Counted from the whole stretch's first letter, positions 23,101 through 35,303 are shown. The stretch is DNA of 60,169 nucleotides, filler included, from Sphacelaria rigidula (GCA_964200075.2; 9 parts of 9 records of this genome joined end to end with filler, not necessarily neighbours in it), one strand, 5' to 3'. Program-made: numbers and translations. The notes: generated by a model from the sequence alone, not told the origin.

Positions 23101-24382
23101 GTGAGACTATTTTCGATTTTCTTCACAATGTAGCTGTTTTCATTTTTCTCTTTTTTTGTTCACGTGGTTTTCCTCTGATAGCTCCCCCCCCCCCCTCCCC
23201 CCTTATTTCTTTTTATTTTCATTTTTTGTTTCGTTTGTTTCGTCTCTATCTTGAGTTCCTCCTCTTTTTTTTCTTCTTCCCCGCCTGCCGTACAGTGAGC
23301 GGCCCCTCCCTGACTGTGAAGATATTATTTTATCAAGGTTTTCACTGCAGGCGCGAAAATAAGTCGTACATTCAAAGTCTAGCAGTAATATTCACAAACG
23401 TTTGCATTTACAAATGTGATGGCTCACTGGAAAATGACTGCTTTGCTTCGCAGCCAAAGGGTTTACTCGTTGATAACCAAAAATGCTGCTGTTTTCAACG
23501 TGTGTCGCGTATCGGAGCAAGCTGTTGCACGAATAAAGAATCTGCCCCTCTCTCTATCCCTCTCTCTGAGGCGTTGCTTTTCAAGCAGAGGCAAGTTGGT
23601 AGCATGCTGTCGTTGTCGATCAAAAGGTTAAAATTGCCAATCATTTGCAGATACTCATTTCACCGTACAGGTGAATCCGTTTTTTGTAACAAACAATCTC
23701 GATTTGTACAAGTATGAGGATTTCAGTCCGTCTTTAGGCAATTTTCTCCCGTGGGTTGTTTTTTCGAACCCCAGTTGGGTGGACAATGTTGTTCGGCTAG
23801 CTGGGAGCAAACCAGATCACTTCTCCGGTTCTCCGGCCGTTAACTTTTGATACATCACCTTTCTGCTCAAATCGGGAGATTGGTTGCCATAAAAGATGGT
23901 CTGAGCGATGATATGATATGATTATGTACATCAAATTGACGCCCGAAGAAACCAGCCATGTCCGGGCAATTAATAGTAATGACCTCGCCCCCTCCTCCTA
24001 CAAGCGTCTGCCGGCGTAGAACGGCTTACTCGCCACGAATATAGATAATAGGTATGAAAAAATCTGGCGATATGGAAAGATACACACACACACCACGTCA
24101 GGGGCCTTGGAACCGCGAAGCAATCGCCACTGAATCTAGATGGAAACGGTGCGTTCGTTGGCCGCGCACGATGCTAGTTTAGTCGATGGTGACTATTAGG
24201 CCTTGTCGAGGACCTTTTTTTGTGTTTGTTGTAATACTGCTTTTCGCCTGTGTCGGCGTGAAGGGTTAGTGCTACTGTCGCGTCGTGCGTTCTTTTTTGC
24301 GTCGGAGCATGAACACATGTGGCATATCCAAAGTGCGATATATCCCTGACCCTAACCCTATAAATCCTATCGCTGACTTCAG

Positions 24383-24473
24383 GTGCGGTATGGTGAATAG
24401 CTTTTTTTTCTCTCAGCTGTCAGACGGCGGACGCGGCTATCGGTACAACAAGCGGTTTTTGAAGAGGGCGCAG
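24383..24473 (+). CDS. Ulp1/SENP protease exon
   Basis: (R)CGMVNSFFFSQLSDGGRGYRYNKRFLKRAQ contains the NSFF..L..GY motif. Phase matches the previous exon; donor CAG|GTAAAG. Confidence 0.88.
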
Positions 24474-25244
24474 GTAAAGATATTTCTTATTTTTTTTTCC
24501 CCGTTTTTTTTGTTTCTTATTTTTTCTGGACTCGTTTTGTGTTGGGAGGTCGGTTCGGGTGCGCGATGGTTCTTGCAGCGCAGCTATTGTACCAGATTAC
24601 CTGAAGAAAAAACGTCTTCACTTTTTTTTCTTTTTTCACTTGTAGATTTTGCTTCCGTTGGTTTTGGTGCAATGGACTGTGACCTCTGGAGAATGATGCC
24701 AGGCAGGCGTGCGTGGTGTGTAGCACAAACTACACGCACACACGCTTTTGTGACCGCGGGCGCTAGATTTGTGTAAATCGTAGCTAATGTGAGAAACGAT
24801 AATAACAGCAACAACAACAACAACCACTGTGCAAGCCGCACAGCAACTATCATACAATAGTACAGTTGGCATTTCACGCGAAAATCATCTGCGGAGAAGC
24901 ATGCTGGGGGAAGAACAGTGCACAAGTACCCGCGTCGCTCGCAGTACAAGCGAAGGTTACAAGGAACGCACTAAGAGGCTCGTAAGGGGGGAGGGGAGGG
25001 GATACTACCCCAAGTAGAAGGAAACAATTCCTGTAGGGAAGTCTGTACAGGACTTATGGCCCTTCCCAGTGCTACTTTCATGTGGGTTTAGTACTTGTCT
25101 GCTTTGTCGTCGTTCGCTTGGCGTGTTTTATTTTTGCGTGTGTGTTGCCCCCATCTCGTGTACGTTGGTTTCCTTGAACAGAGTTTTCTCGTGACTCCGG
25201 TTGCTCTATGATTCGTCGCGGAGCAGCAAAATGGAGCCAATCCC

Positions 25245-25510
25245 GCAGTCAATCAAGCTTTCAAGTCAATCAATCAACGAAGCAATCTTCGAGTATCAAT
25301 TGGCCTATGGGACTGTAATATCAGGTTGTTCAATGTCTCAAGCGATCACCCCATCAATCAAGCTCTCAAATTGTCCAAGCTCCCAATTGATCAATCGATC
25401 GATCCATTGAACTTTCAAATTGTTCAAGCACTATTAATGATCAATCAAGATATCCATCCCATCCACGCTTCTGAAAACTCATCGCCGGTTCAAATCACCA
25501 AATCCACGAT
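25245..25510. repeat. Degenerate TCAA-rich low-complexity repeat (intronic)
   Basis: Dense TCAATCAA / TCAAGC motifs. Confidence 0.6.
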
Positions 25511-25901
25511 TTCTTAGGCCTAATTGCTCGAGAGGGAAAAAAATGTCGACCGCTGGCCAAACAGGTCTCCATGCAACTTTTGCGCCATCCCACGTGCCTG
25601 GGCTGCGCGTACCTGGGTTGCAACGCTGTGAACAAAGCCTGAGGATTGAGTCGTACCGTACGACTCAATCACACTAAAACCAAGTAATTTCCAGGCGAAT
25701 AATCAATTCGTCCGACTCTTGCATCCATACCAAATTCTACGGCATTAATACTTCAAGCACTCAACCAACCTCTCAACCTACTAACCAATCACTTGATTTC
25801 GTTTATTCCTGTCTCCTGCTCGCCTCTTTTCCCCGTTTTGTATTGTCCCCAACGGTCGTTCGCCTCCGTCCGCCGTACTCCTACTGCTCCTCACTGCTTA
25901 G

Positions 25902-25952
25902 ATCGACCTATTCGACTTGGACAAGTTTATCTTCCCGGTGAATGTAGCGCAG
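25902..25952 (+). CDS. Ulp1/SENP protease exon
   Basis: IDLFDLDKFIFPVNVAQ matches the D.F..D.I..P.N motif that precedes the catalytic His. TAG acceptor, CAG|GTCAGT donor, phase 0. Confidence 0.88.
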
Positions 25953-26361
25953 GTCAGTACAGCACTCCAAAGCATGAGCGTGATGAGCAAAAGTACAAGA
26001 CAGACAGTACGACATTCAGTGTTATTTATTAGATAGAACCATGCATGGTTCCCTTGAACTTGGTTGATGGAGATATTTTCGGGGTTTTGTCGGGTACCAT
26101 GACCCATAGCGATGGGGGAGGACGTTTGATCTCAAGATTCTGGGGATCGACGGGTATTTGATATTAGTAACCGACACACGGGCGGCATTTGTGTACTTAC
26201 GTAATATATATATATATATATATATTTCGGATCAACGGCATTTTAATTTTACACGCAGCTTGCCAGAAAGTTTGAATTGTTATTTTTTTTTACGCATGAT
26301 GATTTCGGACGGGTTATAGGCTCAACGGCCATTGAGGCTCTGGATTCCTACGCGTACGTAG

Positions 26362-26437
26362 GCCAAGGATCTGGCTCTTTTCGACAGTTTTGGTGTCGCC
26401 GAACCTATCCTGACCGTCGGTGTTAGACAGAAATTAA
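26362..26437 (+). CDS. Probable Ulp1/SENP protease exon carrying the catalytic Asp
   Basis: AKDLALFDSFG (~K.I.YYDS.G), after a TAG acceptor and before a GTATGT donor. Confidence 0.6.
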
Positions 26438-27589
26438 GTATGTCGAAGTGGCGTATGGCATTTGCGTAACGTACGTGCCTTGAGCGTGCGCTGGTTCTAT
26501 GGTGATTATGCTCTTGTTATAGGGGGAGTATCCGAGTAAAGTATGACCCGTGCATATCGTATCCGAGTGAAGTATGACCCATCCTTTTGTTTATCTGTCA
26601 TACTTTCATTCCCCCCCTCCCCCCCCCCTCACCTCTAGACTCTTGGGTTGGCGTCGAGTGGCAACGGCGCTGTAAAACAAGCCACCAANNNNNNNNNNNN
26701 NNNNNNNNNNNNNNNNNNNNNNNNNNNNNNNNTTAATTAATTAANNNNNNNNNNNNNNNNNNNNNNNNNNNNNNNNNNNNNNNNNNNNTTAATCACAGCA
26801 TGAGGCTTTTAACCGTTCCTTTTCTCGCGTCGGGATTTGCACGATCATAAAGTTTGGTCAAGTTTCCAAGAAGCAGATTCTTACGGTGCGTGTTTTTGTG
26901 AGCTTCTATTCACCACTTTTGATATATTCGACACACTGTTTTGGCCGCAGAACGGAGAACATCGCCATCACAAGTCTTCGGCACTTGCATCGCCCCACCG
27001 GAACTGGTCTAGCCCACTTTTTTTATTCGCTCGACTCCTAAGTTTCAAGAACGGCTTCTTCGACACAATTGCGGTAGGGAAAAAAATGAAGTATCTGCTC
27101 GTACTTCACCGACCTGCAGACACCGTTTCTTTTCTTCCTGCCGTGTTTCTGCCAAGAGGCCGTTCTCGAAATATCGGAGTCGAGTGAATCGGAGAAGTGG
27201 GTTAGACCCCTCCCGGTGGGACGATGCAAAGTGTGGAAGACGTGTGGTGGCGATATTCTCTGTTAGCTGCCATAAATCGTGTCCAAGTATCATAGAAGTG
27301 GATCATACCAGCACAAAACAATATCAACCGTAAAAGAACGACCGTAGGTTGACGCCTTCTCGAAAGTTCGTCAGATTTCTTGCTGAAGATTTCATGCAAG
27401 GTTGGGAAATGTCCGGCCCCTTATCGTCGTGTAGCTCCAAGCTTTAGGAGCCCCTCCATGAAATTGGTCATTCAGGGCTGGCTCCTAAAAAAGCTTGTGG
27501 GTAGACGAGAATAAGGGTCAGAATATTTCCCTTCCAAAAGTCATGCGGAAAATCCCTGACCCATTGGGGTGGTACTCGTGGGATATGTG

Positions 27590-27934
27590 TTATCGTATTG
27601 CCATCCCATTTATTCTGGACGTCCGTCCACGCCTTTCGGTATATGTGGGCGCACCAGCCGGGGTCACACAGGAGGAAGGCCAACACAGGAGTTTTTTTGT
27701 TTTTGCTCTACTTCTCCACCTTATTACTCCTGTGGTGCTTGCCTATTTTTTTCATCGCGAGAGGGGTTCAGCAGTCCCTTCCCCTCGTCGACCATGAAGG
27801 CGAATTTTGTGCACGCACGACACAGTCGCTCTCCATTGTTGGGCATTGTGAGAAAAAATCCTAGATCGCTCTGACATTTGAACCCACCAACCGTCAGAAG
27901 GTTTCGAGGGCACCAACTGAGCCACCGGGGCGAC
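27590..27934 (-). mobile_element. tRNA-derived SINE-like element
   Basis: Minus-strand head GGTCGCCCCGGTGGCTCAGTTGG (A box) ... GGGTTCAAAT (B box), a non-tRNA body, and AATAAA near the 3' end. A second copy lies at ~40700-40970. Confidence 0.75.
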
Positions 27935-27999
27935 CGATCATGCTTTTACATGGATTGGGCGTCCTCTGAAAGCTTTGCCATGTTTCCCGGAAGGAGTTT

Positions 28000-28205
28000 A
28001 CCGCATTTCCTCGATTTTTCGTAGGCCCGGTTTTTCTTTTGGGGGAGGGGGCGGATCCCCGGTTTATTCAGTCGCAGTGAAAATCATCAAGTTGTCGGGG
28101 AAACAGTAATTTTTCCGGACAACTCGAGAATGTTTGCGGCGACTGAAAAAATCGGGAACCCGGCCAAAAACAAAACTGGGCGCACGAATGATTGGAAAAA
28201 TGCGC
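28000..28205. repeat. Imperfect inverted repeat centred near 28107
   Basis: TTCAGTCGC..AGTTGTCGGGGAAA pairs with TTTCCGGACAACT..GCGACTGAA. Confidence 0.7.
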
Positions 28206-28244
28206 TATTACATCAAAAAACTCAGCATATCTAGCAGAGGAGGC

Positions 28245-28334
28245 TGTGACGGTTTAAGAGACTACCAACTAGACTACTGACCAGTCAGCACTGACTGGTC
28301 AGTAGTCTAGTTGGTAGTCTCTTAAACCGTCACA
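28245..28334. repeat. Perfect palindrome, 44-bp arms, 2-nt loop
   Basis: TGTGACGGTTTAAGAGACTACCAACTAGACTACTGACCAGTCAG-CA-CTGACTGGTCAGTAGTCTAGTTGGTAGTCTCTTAAACCGTCACA. Confidence 0.97.
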
Positions 28335-28879
28335 TACATTATGGTAGTGGCGGAGAAGGAGGGAAGAATAGAGGTGTCGTGATGTTCGGATTATTTGAGC
28401 AGTTTCAAGTAATCCCAAGGACGATTCACGCGAGCTTGGTGGGGTGTGCGTGCGTTCAGTGACTATTGAGGGCGGGGGCTCCTGCTATCCATCCCTATCG
28501 TGGGTACTGGAAAACGCTCGCAAGAGGCTAAATCGCTTGAATATAGCTTGGCCCTGACACCAGCGCATCGTTTTTTTTTTTGTGGTGGGCTGGTGATACA
28601 GCGTCGGCCAATTGCATGCGAACGTGATTTTGGAACGTGACTTTTAGTTCTCGATAAAACACGCTCCCAAGGCATTTTCACTGGGGTACAAGCGCTCTTA
28701 CTCATTCAATGGCCATTACAAAGCGACTGGATGCGGTACTGCAGTATGTATCTGTGTGTACAACAATTCATGTGTGAAAGAGTGTTCGCGGGCCGAATTT
28801 AGGTCGGGTAACTCCTACCTGAAAATCGGAAAACCATTTTGCAGAATACGCCAGAGAAAAGATGTGCTGCACACTCCTT

Positions 28880-29370
28880 GGGCCGCTCCTATGGCAAACA
28901 AAATGAAAACATGGAAAAGTCCCTTTTCGGAGCTCTTACGTCATATATGCCCGACGAGGGAGCTAGGCGGGTTTTGACATCTTGGAATGCCCTGCTGCAC
29001 TCGTTGAGACAGTTCCAGCACACCTGTGCGTTTTCCCGGTGGCCCCTGCTGTTTTCTCGCCCACACTTGCGTTTGTCTCGGAGATCGCTCATTTCCCCCG
29101 GAGACCGGTCAATTCTAGACAAAATTCGGATTTTTCCCGGACTTGACCGGTCTCCGGAAAGAAGGAGCAGTCTCCGAGACAAGTGCAAGTGTGAGCAAGA
29201 AATGTTTTTCGGCCACCGGAAACACACACAGGTGTGCTGGAACCGCCTTGACGAGTACAGCAGGGCATTTCCAGGCGTCAAAATCCGCCTAGCTTTCTCT
29301 TAACGCGTAATACGAGCTCCAAAAGGGCAGTTTTTCGGATATTTTATTTTGGTTGCCATAAGAAGCGACC
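28880..29370. repeat. ~490-bp imperfect foldback element (MITE-like), centre ~29128
   Basis: Arms pair along their length, e.g. GCTAGGCGGGTTTTGAC / GTCAAAATCCGCCTAGC, TTCCAGCACACCTGTG / CACAGGTGTGCTGGAA, CCGGAGACCGGTCAA / TTGACCGGTCTCCGG. Confidence 0.9.
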
Positions 29371-31652
29371 TCAGAGAGGTTTTTCCCCCCACGTGCCTAG
29401 TTCTTGCTCAACGCCATGTGGATACACCCGGGCCGAGGGTGAATATCCACCACAAGATCAATCTGGTACACAGCGCAGTATACTAGCATTACCCTACTGT
29501 TCCATGTACGGTACCCGTAGTGGAGACAGTAAGGTACAGTGGAGACGGTGTGGTGTGTGTGTAAAGGAGTGCGCCATTTTGCTACAGACTTCGGGTGAGT
29601 CGACCAACCCCGATAGCATATTCTGTGATACCTTTACAAGCAAAACGGTGGCAACCCCATCGTCTGCTGTGATATATATTCCTCTCGTTTTCTTCAACTT
29701 TCTCTGTCCCATAAGTCTGGGTGGTTATAGGGTGCAGGTTGTATCTCCCGAATGGAGGCTCTCACGATGCTATAGTTAGGATCGGTGAAGAGATCGAAGC
29801 ATGGAGATACTCATAGAACACGAAATACTTAAAAAGGATGCGTATGGTATACCCAATTTAGAGTCAGCGTTGACCCAATTTTGGCCACTTTAAATCCGGT
29901 TTTAGCCAATTTGAACCGATACTTGTAATGTTTTGTGCTGGACAGCGGTAATACCGCGACACAAGTGGTTTCGGACAAGACGATACTCGCCTCTGTACAA
30001 GACATGCTAAACAAAGAGTTTTCGGCTTCTTATTTTCTCACCACCTTTGCCGTACTTTTATTCTCTGCCCGCGGAGGAGGCGCGAAACACGGCAATTTTC
30101 GGGCATTCTGATTTTTGAGCGGCCGTTCGGCCGAGTGGGTCCAGCATCAATTGCCAAAAACATCTTGGTTCTAAGTAACAAAACACCGTAGAATGCAACA
30201 AAAAAACGAAAACAGAATCGGACACGGTTAAGGGCCCGTACCACATAACAACCCAAACTGTGACAGAGGAAGTATGTTCTTATTTTGTCGTTCTGTTTCT
30301 TGGAGATGAAGGGGGTCTTGAACAAGTACGCAATCAACTACAAAGAAACTGAGGCTTGACGAGGCGCTTGCATTGGCGATGTTCAGTCTTTTCCATATAT
30401 GCGTTGATGACAAAGACGATATCAGATCGGCTCAAAATGTCCTTCTGTTATCCATACTCGCTAAAAAAAACGGAGATACGGTCAGTTTGGTCCTTGGTTT
30501 CCACACATCAACGTTCGAATTCGGGTGGCTGTAATTAACCCCGAGATGATCATTTGCACCGAGTTTCAGGCTTCAAAGATGGCTACATCGCATCGAATAA
30601 TTTTTTCAAAGCGTCTATAATCTGTACTCCTACGATAGGCCATCTTGTGGTTTCCTTTGGCGGGCGGATATGCTAGACTTCATGTGAGACACGGCGCTCT
30701 AGTAGTCCCCCCCCCCCCCGTCTTGCTCCGTCTCGAAAGGGATGCGTGGTCAACGGGAAAACGACTGAAGCAAGCAACAAATGAGTACGCCCCCCCCTCC
30801 CCGTTTTTTTTTCCTGGCCTGTCTAGTTCCTTTAGGTACAAGGATGCACACGAACAAAACGTTATCAATATCACTGTCGGTGTCGAATCATGGCATCTTC
30901 ACTGCCGTGCTCGTTCAGCGCCTTCTCATACCCAAAACTACAGTATCTTCACACAATCGGACATAAGCACGCAGTAATTTCAGCAGGCATTTGCTTATTC
31001 ATGGACCGCGTTGTTACTGCTTTTCGCGGGAAGACTCGCTGGGTTCGGTCCGTGTGTTGATCCATAAGTGATGTGGGCTCTGTCGATCACACACGATACT
31101 GGCCGTCTTTATTCGGGAGTGGCGGTCGTGTGTAGTCGCGCATGTGCAATTCAGGATATCCACTCAAGACGGATTTTGCGTCAGTAGGGCAGGCCCCCCT
31201 ATGAGCTTCGAGGGGAAGCGTGATCATGGTTAGTATGGTACACGAAACGTACAATGCACAAAGCATGCCTAAATAATGGGCTTGCCTGGCGCAATGGGCC
31301 AATATCCGTCACTCATCATTGCTACTTTGATTCATCTCCCTCATCTCGCCTCTCTTCCCCGTACGCACCGGAACATGCTCCTTGCTGCATTTGTTCTGAT
31401 CTATCTTCAGGCCCTGGGAATACGCCATGCGGACATTTGATTTCACGCGCTGGATCGAGCGTCCATCAGATGAATTCAAGATCCGCCAGACTCCTCGATA
31501 CCCTATGAAATGACGCTTCTGTTAGAGGCTGGGTATGCATTGTGTTGTGTTGGTGGAAGTGTATTGTGTTTGACGGCGGCCTCTCACGCCTTAGGAGTCA
31601 AAGGAAACTTACATAGATACTTGCGTGGAGGATTTTCAACACCGTACATTGT

Positions 31653-33257
31653 GGGGCGTATTCATTTGTTGGTGCGGCGCGCGTGTGTGGGGAATTTCGG
31701 GAGTGCTGTGAGATAGTGTTCGTGGCGTTTGTAGGGTATCGGTAGATATGTTCGTGAAGCGCTATATGGGTGCATCGATGTAATTCGATGTCACAGCTTT
31801 TCGACGCCGTAAACTCTATCCACACGACGCGCCGTGATCGTGCACTGAGATGTGAAGCGTGTTGTTCGCACCGATTCGATTCGATTCGGTTCGATTCGAT
31901 GCTGTCAGCTGCTGAGCGCCTTGTCGTGTGGTCCGTTGAGGGACATACGACATTTCACGAACGCGGTCCGAGGCGGGGAAAACATGGGCGCCGTGGCGTG
32001 TGTATGTGTGTGTGTGTGTGTGAGGGGAGGAGGGGGCGTGTGAGGGGAGGAGGGGGTGTACTCATGATCATGCATGCCGGGAGGAGGAGAGGGACGTTTT
32101 CATTTGTTGCTTGCGATGTGCGTGTGTTGGGGGGGATCTTGGAAGTGCTGTAAGAGAGTGTGTGGTGTTTGCAGAGTTTCGGTAGGTGTTTTGTTTTTAG
32201 CGCTATGGGTGCATTGACGTAATTCGATGTCTCCAGCTTTTCGTCGCCGAAAACTGTGTGGACACACACGACGCGCCGTGATCGTGCCCTGAGATATGAA
32301 GCGCGTTGTTTGCACCGATGAGATTCGATTCGGTTCGATTCGATGTCGTCAGCTGCTGAGCGCCGTGTCATGTGGTCCGTTGCGGGGCATACGACATTTC
32401 ACGAACGAGATCCGAGGCGGGGAAAACACAGGCGCCGCGGCGTGTGTGTGTATGTGAGGAGAGAGGGGGGCGTATCCATTTGTTGCTCGCGAAGTGCGTT
32501 TGCTGGGGGAGATTCCGGGGGTGTTGTGAGCAAGTGTTTGTGGCCTTTGTAGAGTATCGATGGATGTTTTTGTGAAGCGCTATGGGTGCATCGATGTAAT
32601 TCGATGTCTCCAGCTTTTGTCGCCGCAAACTGTGTGGGTACACACGACGCGCCGTGTTCCTACGTTGGGATGTGAAGCGTGTTGTTTGCACGGATGGGGT
32701 TTAATTCGATTCGATTCGATGCCGTCAGCTGCTGAGCGCCGCGTGGTGTGGCCCGTTGCGGGGCATACGACATTCCACGAACACGATCCGAGGCGGGGAA
32801 AACATAGACGCAGTGTCGTGTGTATGTGTGTGTGTGAGGGAGGAGGGAGGGGGGGCGTATTCATTTGTTGCTTGCGATGTGCGTGTGTTGGGAGGGATCG
32901 TGGGAGTGGTTTGAGATAGTGTTCGTGGCGTTTGTAGGGTATCGGTAGATGTTTTAGTGAAGCGCTATATGGGTGCATCGATGTAGTTCGATATCTCCAG
33001 CTGTCGTCGCCGCAAACTGTGTGGATACACACACGACGCGCCGTGATCGTGCACTGAGATGTGAAGCGTGTTGTTCGCACCAATTCGATTCGATTTGATT
33101 CGATGCTGTCAGCTGCTGAGCGCCGTGTCGTGTGGTCCGTTGAGGGACATACGGCATTTCACGAACGCGGTCTGAGGCGGGGAAAGCACAGGCGCCGAGG
33201 CCTGTGTATGTGTGTGTGTGTGAGGGGAGGAGGGTGCACTCATGATCATGCATGCCA
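31653..33257. repeat. Tandem array of four ~385-430 bp units containing (GATTC)n and (TG)n tracts
   Basis: Units start near 31653, 32090, 32466 and 32851 with GGG(G/A)CGT.T.CATTTGTTG and share GCTATGGGTGCATCGATGTAATTCGATGTC, GTCAGCTGCTGAGCGCC and GAGGCGGGGAAAACA. Confidence 0.93.
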
Positions 33258-33699
33258 TATTCATAAGACTATTAAGAGAGGCCATTGAGGGGAGGAGGTG
33301 GGGGGGGGGGGGGGGGGCGAACACATTTTTGTGCTCTCTTTATTTGGTTGCCCATGGGACACGCATCTCTTCCGAACGGGAGCAANNNNNNNNNNNNNNN
33401 NNNNNNNNNNNNNNNNNNNNNNNNNNNNNTTAATTAATTAANNNNNNNNNNNNNNNNNNNNNNNNNNNNNNNNNNNNNNNNNNNNGTATACGGCAGTGCT
33501 CCGTCAAGACGTCCTGTAGTGGTGTCTCGATGTGTCTCCCCCAAAATGGTGCTTCGAGTACGAGTTCTGTAAACGGCTGGACAAGGCAAGGCTGAAGCCT
33601 CAAGGTTAATGTTGTAGATTATGTTGTGTAGGGCTGGATAGAGCGTGCAGTCAGGGAGGGAAGCTCCCCATTATTGTGCTACTGCCATCGAGGATACCA

Positions 33700-34045
33700 T
33701 GCTCGTATTGATGTAGGATATCATACCCATCTGAGACATCTACCCACCTAGGATATCAGACCCATCTGGGATGTTCCTTTCGGATGCCGTCTGGGACATC
33801 CATATGGGGATGTTCATATCCCAGATATGTCTCCATATCATATCCCGAATATATCTCCATATCCCAAATGGATATCTCAGATGGATTTGATAGCCCAGAT
33901 TGACATCTCAGATAGATATTATACTCCAGACGGACATCCTGGATGGGTTGTATGATATCCGTATTCCAGATGAACATCCTAGATGGGCGTTGATATCCTA
34001 GAAGAATATCCCGGATGGACATCTGAGGTGGACATGATATCCCGG
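33700..34045. repeat. Degenerate GATATC/CATCTG-rich repeat; related tract at ~59975-60115
   Basis: Dense GGATAT, ATATCC, CCAGAT and CATCTGGG motifs in two separate contigs. Confidence 0.6.
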
Positions 34046-34471
34046 ATAAAAGTTGCACGATAATACAAGATCGTGTGAGGAGGGAGGTACATATGTTGTG
34101 CATGCTGTGTTTGTTGATGTCCTCGAGAATGCGGAAGATGTATCCTGCCTGTACAATGCTCTTCGATTGCAGATCGCAATCTCCCTACTTTGCAGATGTA
34201 GCTCAAAATGTGTTTTTACCTGTTCCACCTACTCGTGCGGTACAAAAACCATTTCCATGTGCACACTAGAGCATACCATTTCCATGGGTGTATGTCGTAA
34301 TCTAGTAGAGGTGGGAATCAATACGCGATGCCTGCGGTACGTGCTGCTCTGAATGCACAATCTCAAGGGAAGCATATAGACAGTGTATCCAAACAGCAAC
34401 AATCACATGCACCCAAAGTTTGCGGGCTGCAAAGGGCCGAAGCGTGTTGAACGTGGACGATACACATGCAG

Positions 34472-34612
34472 GCAGTGTTCGCCGCCGCGTTCGTGGCGGA
34501 GTGGAGCTGCCGGGCGTATGCATTTGGAGGAGTGCGCGCGATGACCAGATCTCCCTATCAGATGGCCGACTTGCTTTCTACCGTGGTGCTCGCCTTAGTG
34601 TTTGTTTACGAG
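34472..34612 (+). CDS. Voltage-gated cation channel (Cav/Nav superfamily), S2-S3 exon
   Basis: AVFAAAFVAEWSCRAYAFGGVRAMTRSPYQMADLLSTVVLALVFVYE carries the F..E...R..A.G and S3 Asp motifs. CAG acceptor, GTACGG donor, phase 0. Confidence 0.85.
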
Positions 34613-35177
34613 GTACGGACCAAGCGTTCTAGTCCGCGTTTCCGATAGAGTGGTTGTACTTGACCCTTAGAGTGCCAGGGTGGGTCACTTCGGTCCTACA
34701 GCCATGTTCCAAGTGAAAATGAAGCAAAATAAGCACATGAGTCCGTCGTCCTGACTGTTAAAGGGTTACGCGATGAGGTTCGGCTTATACTACAATGCCT
34801 ATTTCCTTGTACGACAGATTGACGACCACAACCAGTTGCTGCTGAGCAACAAGCTGGTACCTTAATTCCGTCCAACATTGCTTGACCAAATTGACACCGT
34901 CGCCCTCTGCAATGATTGCGCGCTGGTGTGTGCTATCTCAACCCTGCCCTGTCTGCTGTTGTATCTCGTGCTTTTCCTCTTCCGTGCCGTTTCATTCCTT
35001 CCTCTAATTCTGTTCTGTGTCCCTCTGTTCGCCTGTTCCCCTGTTGTATGTCGTTCCATTCTACCCTGATGAGTCGTCTGGACGGCTTGATGTTCCGCTT
35101 CGCGTCCACCTTACGTATCGTTTTGTGCTGCTTTGATTTGCCGTTCGCGCTCCACTCTTTGATCTTTCCGGGGTAAG

Positions 35178-35303
35178 ATTTGCTATCTGGCCCACTACCA
35201 ACCTGCTTCCGTTTTCTGGACGGTGGTAGAGGCTGTTTCAATGATCAGACTCGTAAGACTGGGGCATATTCTCCCGGACGTACAGGAACTGATCTTTGTC
35301 ACG
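35178..35303 (+). CDS. Same channel, S4 exon
   Basis: ICYLAHYQPASVFWTVVEAVSMIRLVRLGHILPDVQELIFVT. AAG acceptor, ACG|GTGAGA donor; phase 0 joins both neighbouring exons. Confidence 0.75.

Noticed and set aside
27870..27934. tRNA gene
   Set aside because: No complete cloverleaf, and it is attached to a repeated body, so it is called a SINE head.
31770..33324. Family of similar short ORFs
   Set aside because: They arise from the tandem repeat units; frames and stops are not conserved between copies.
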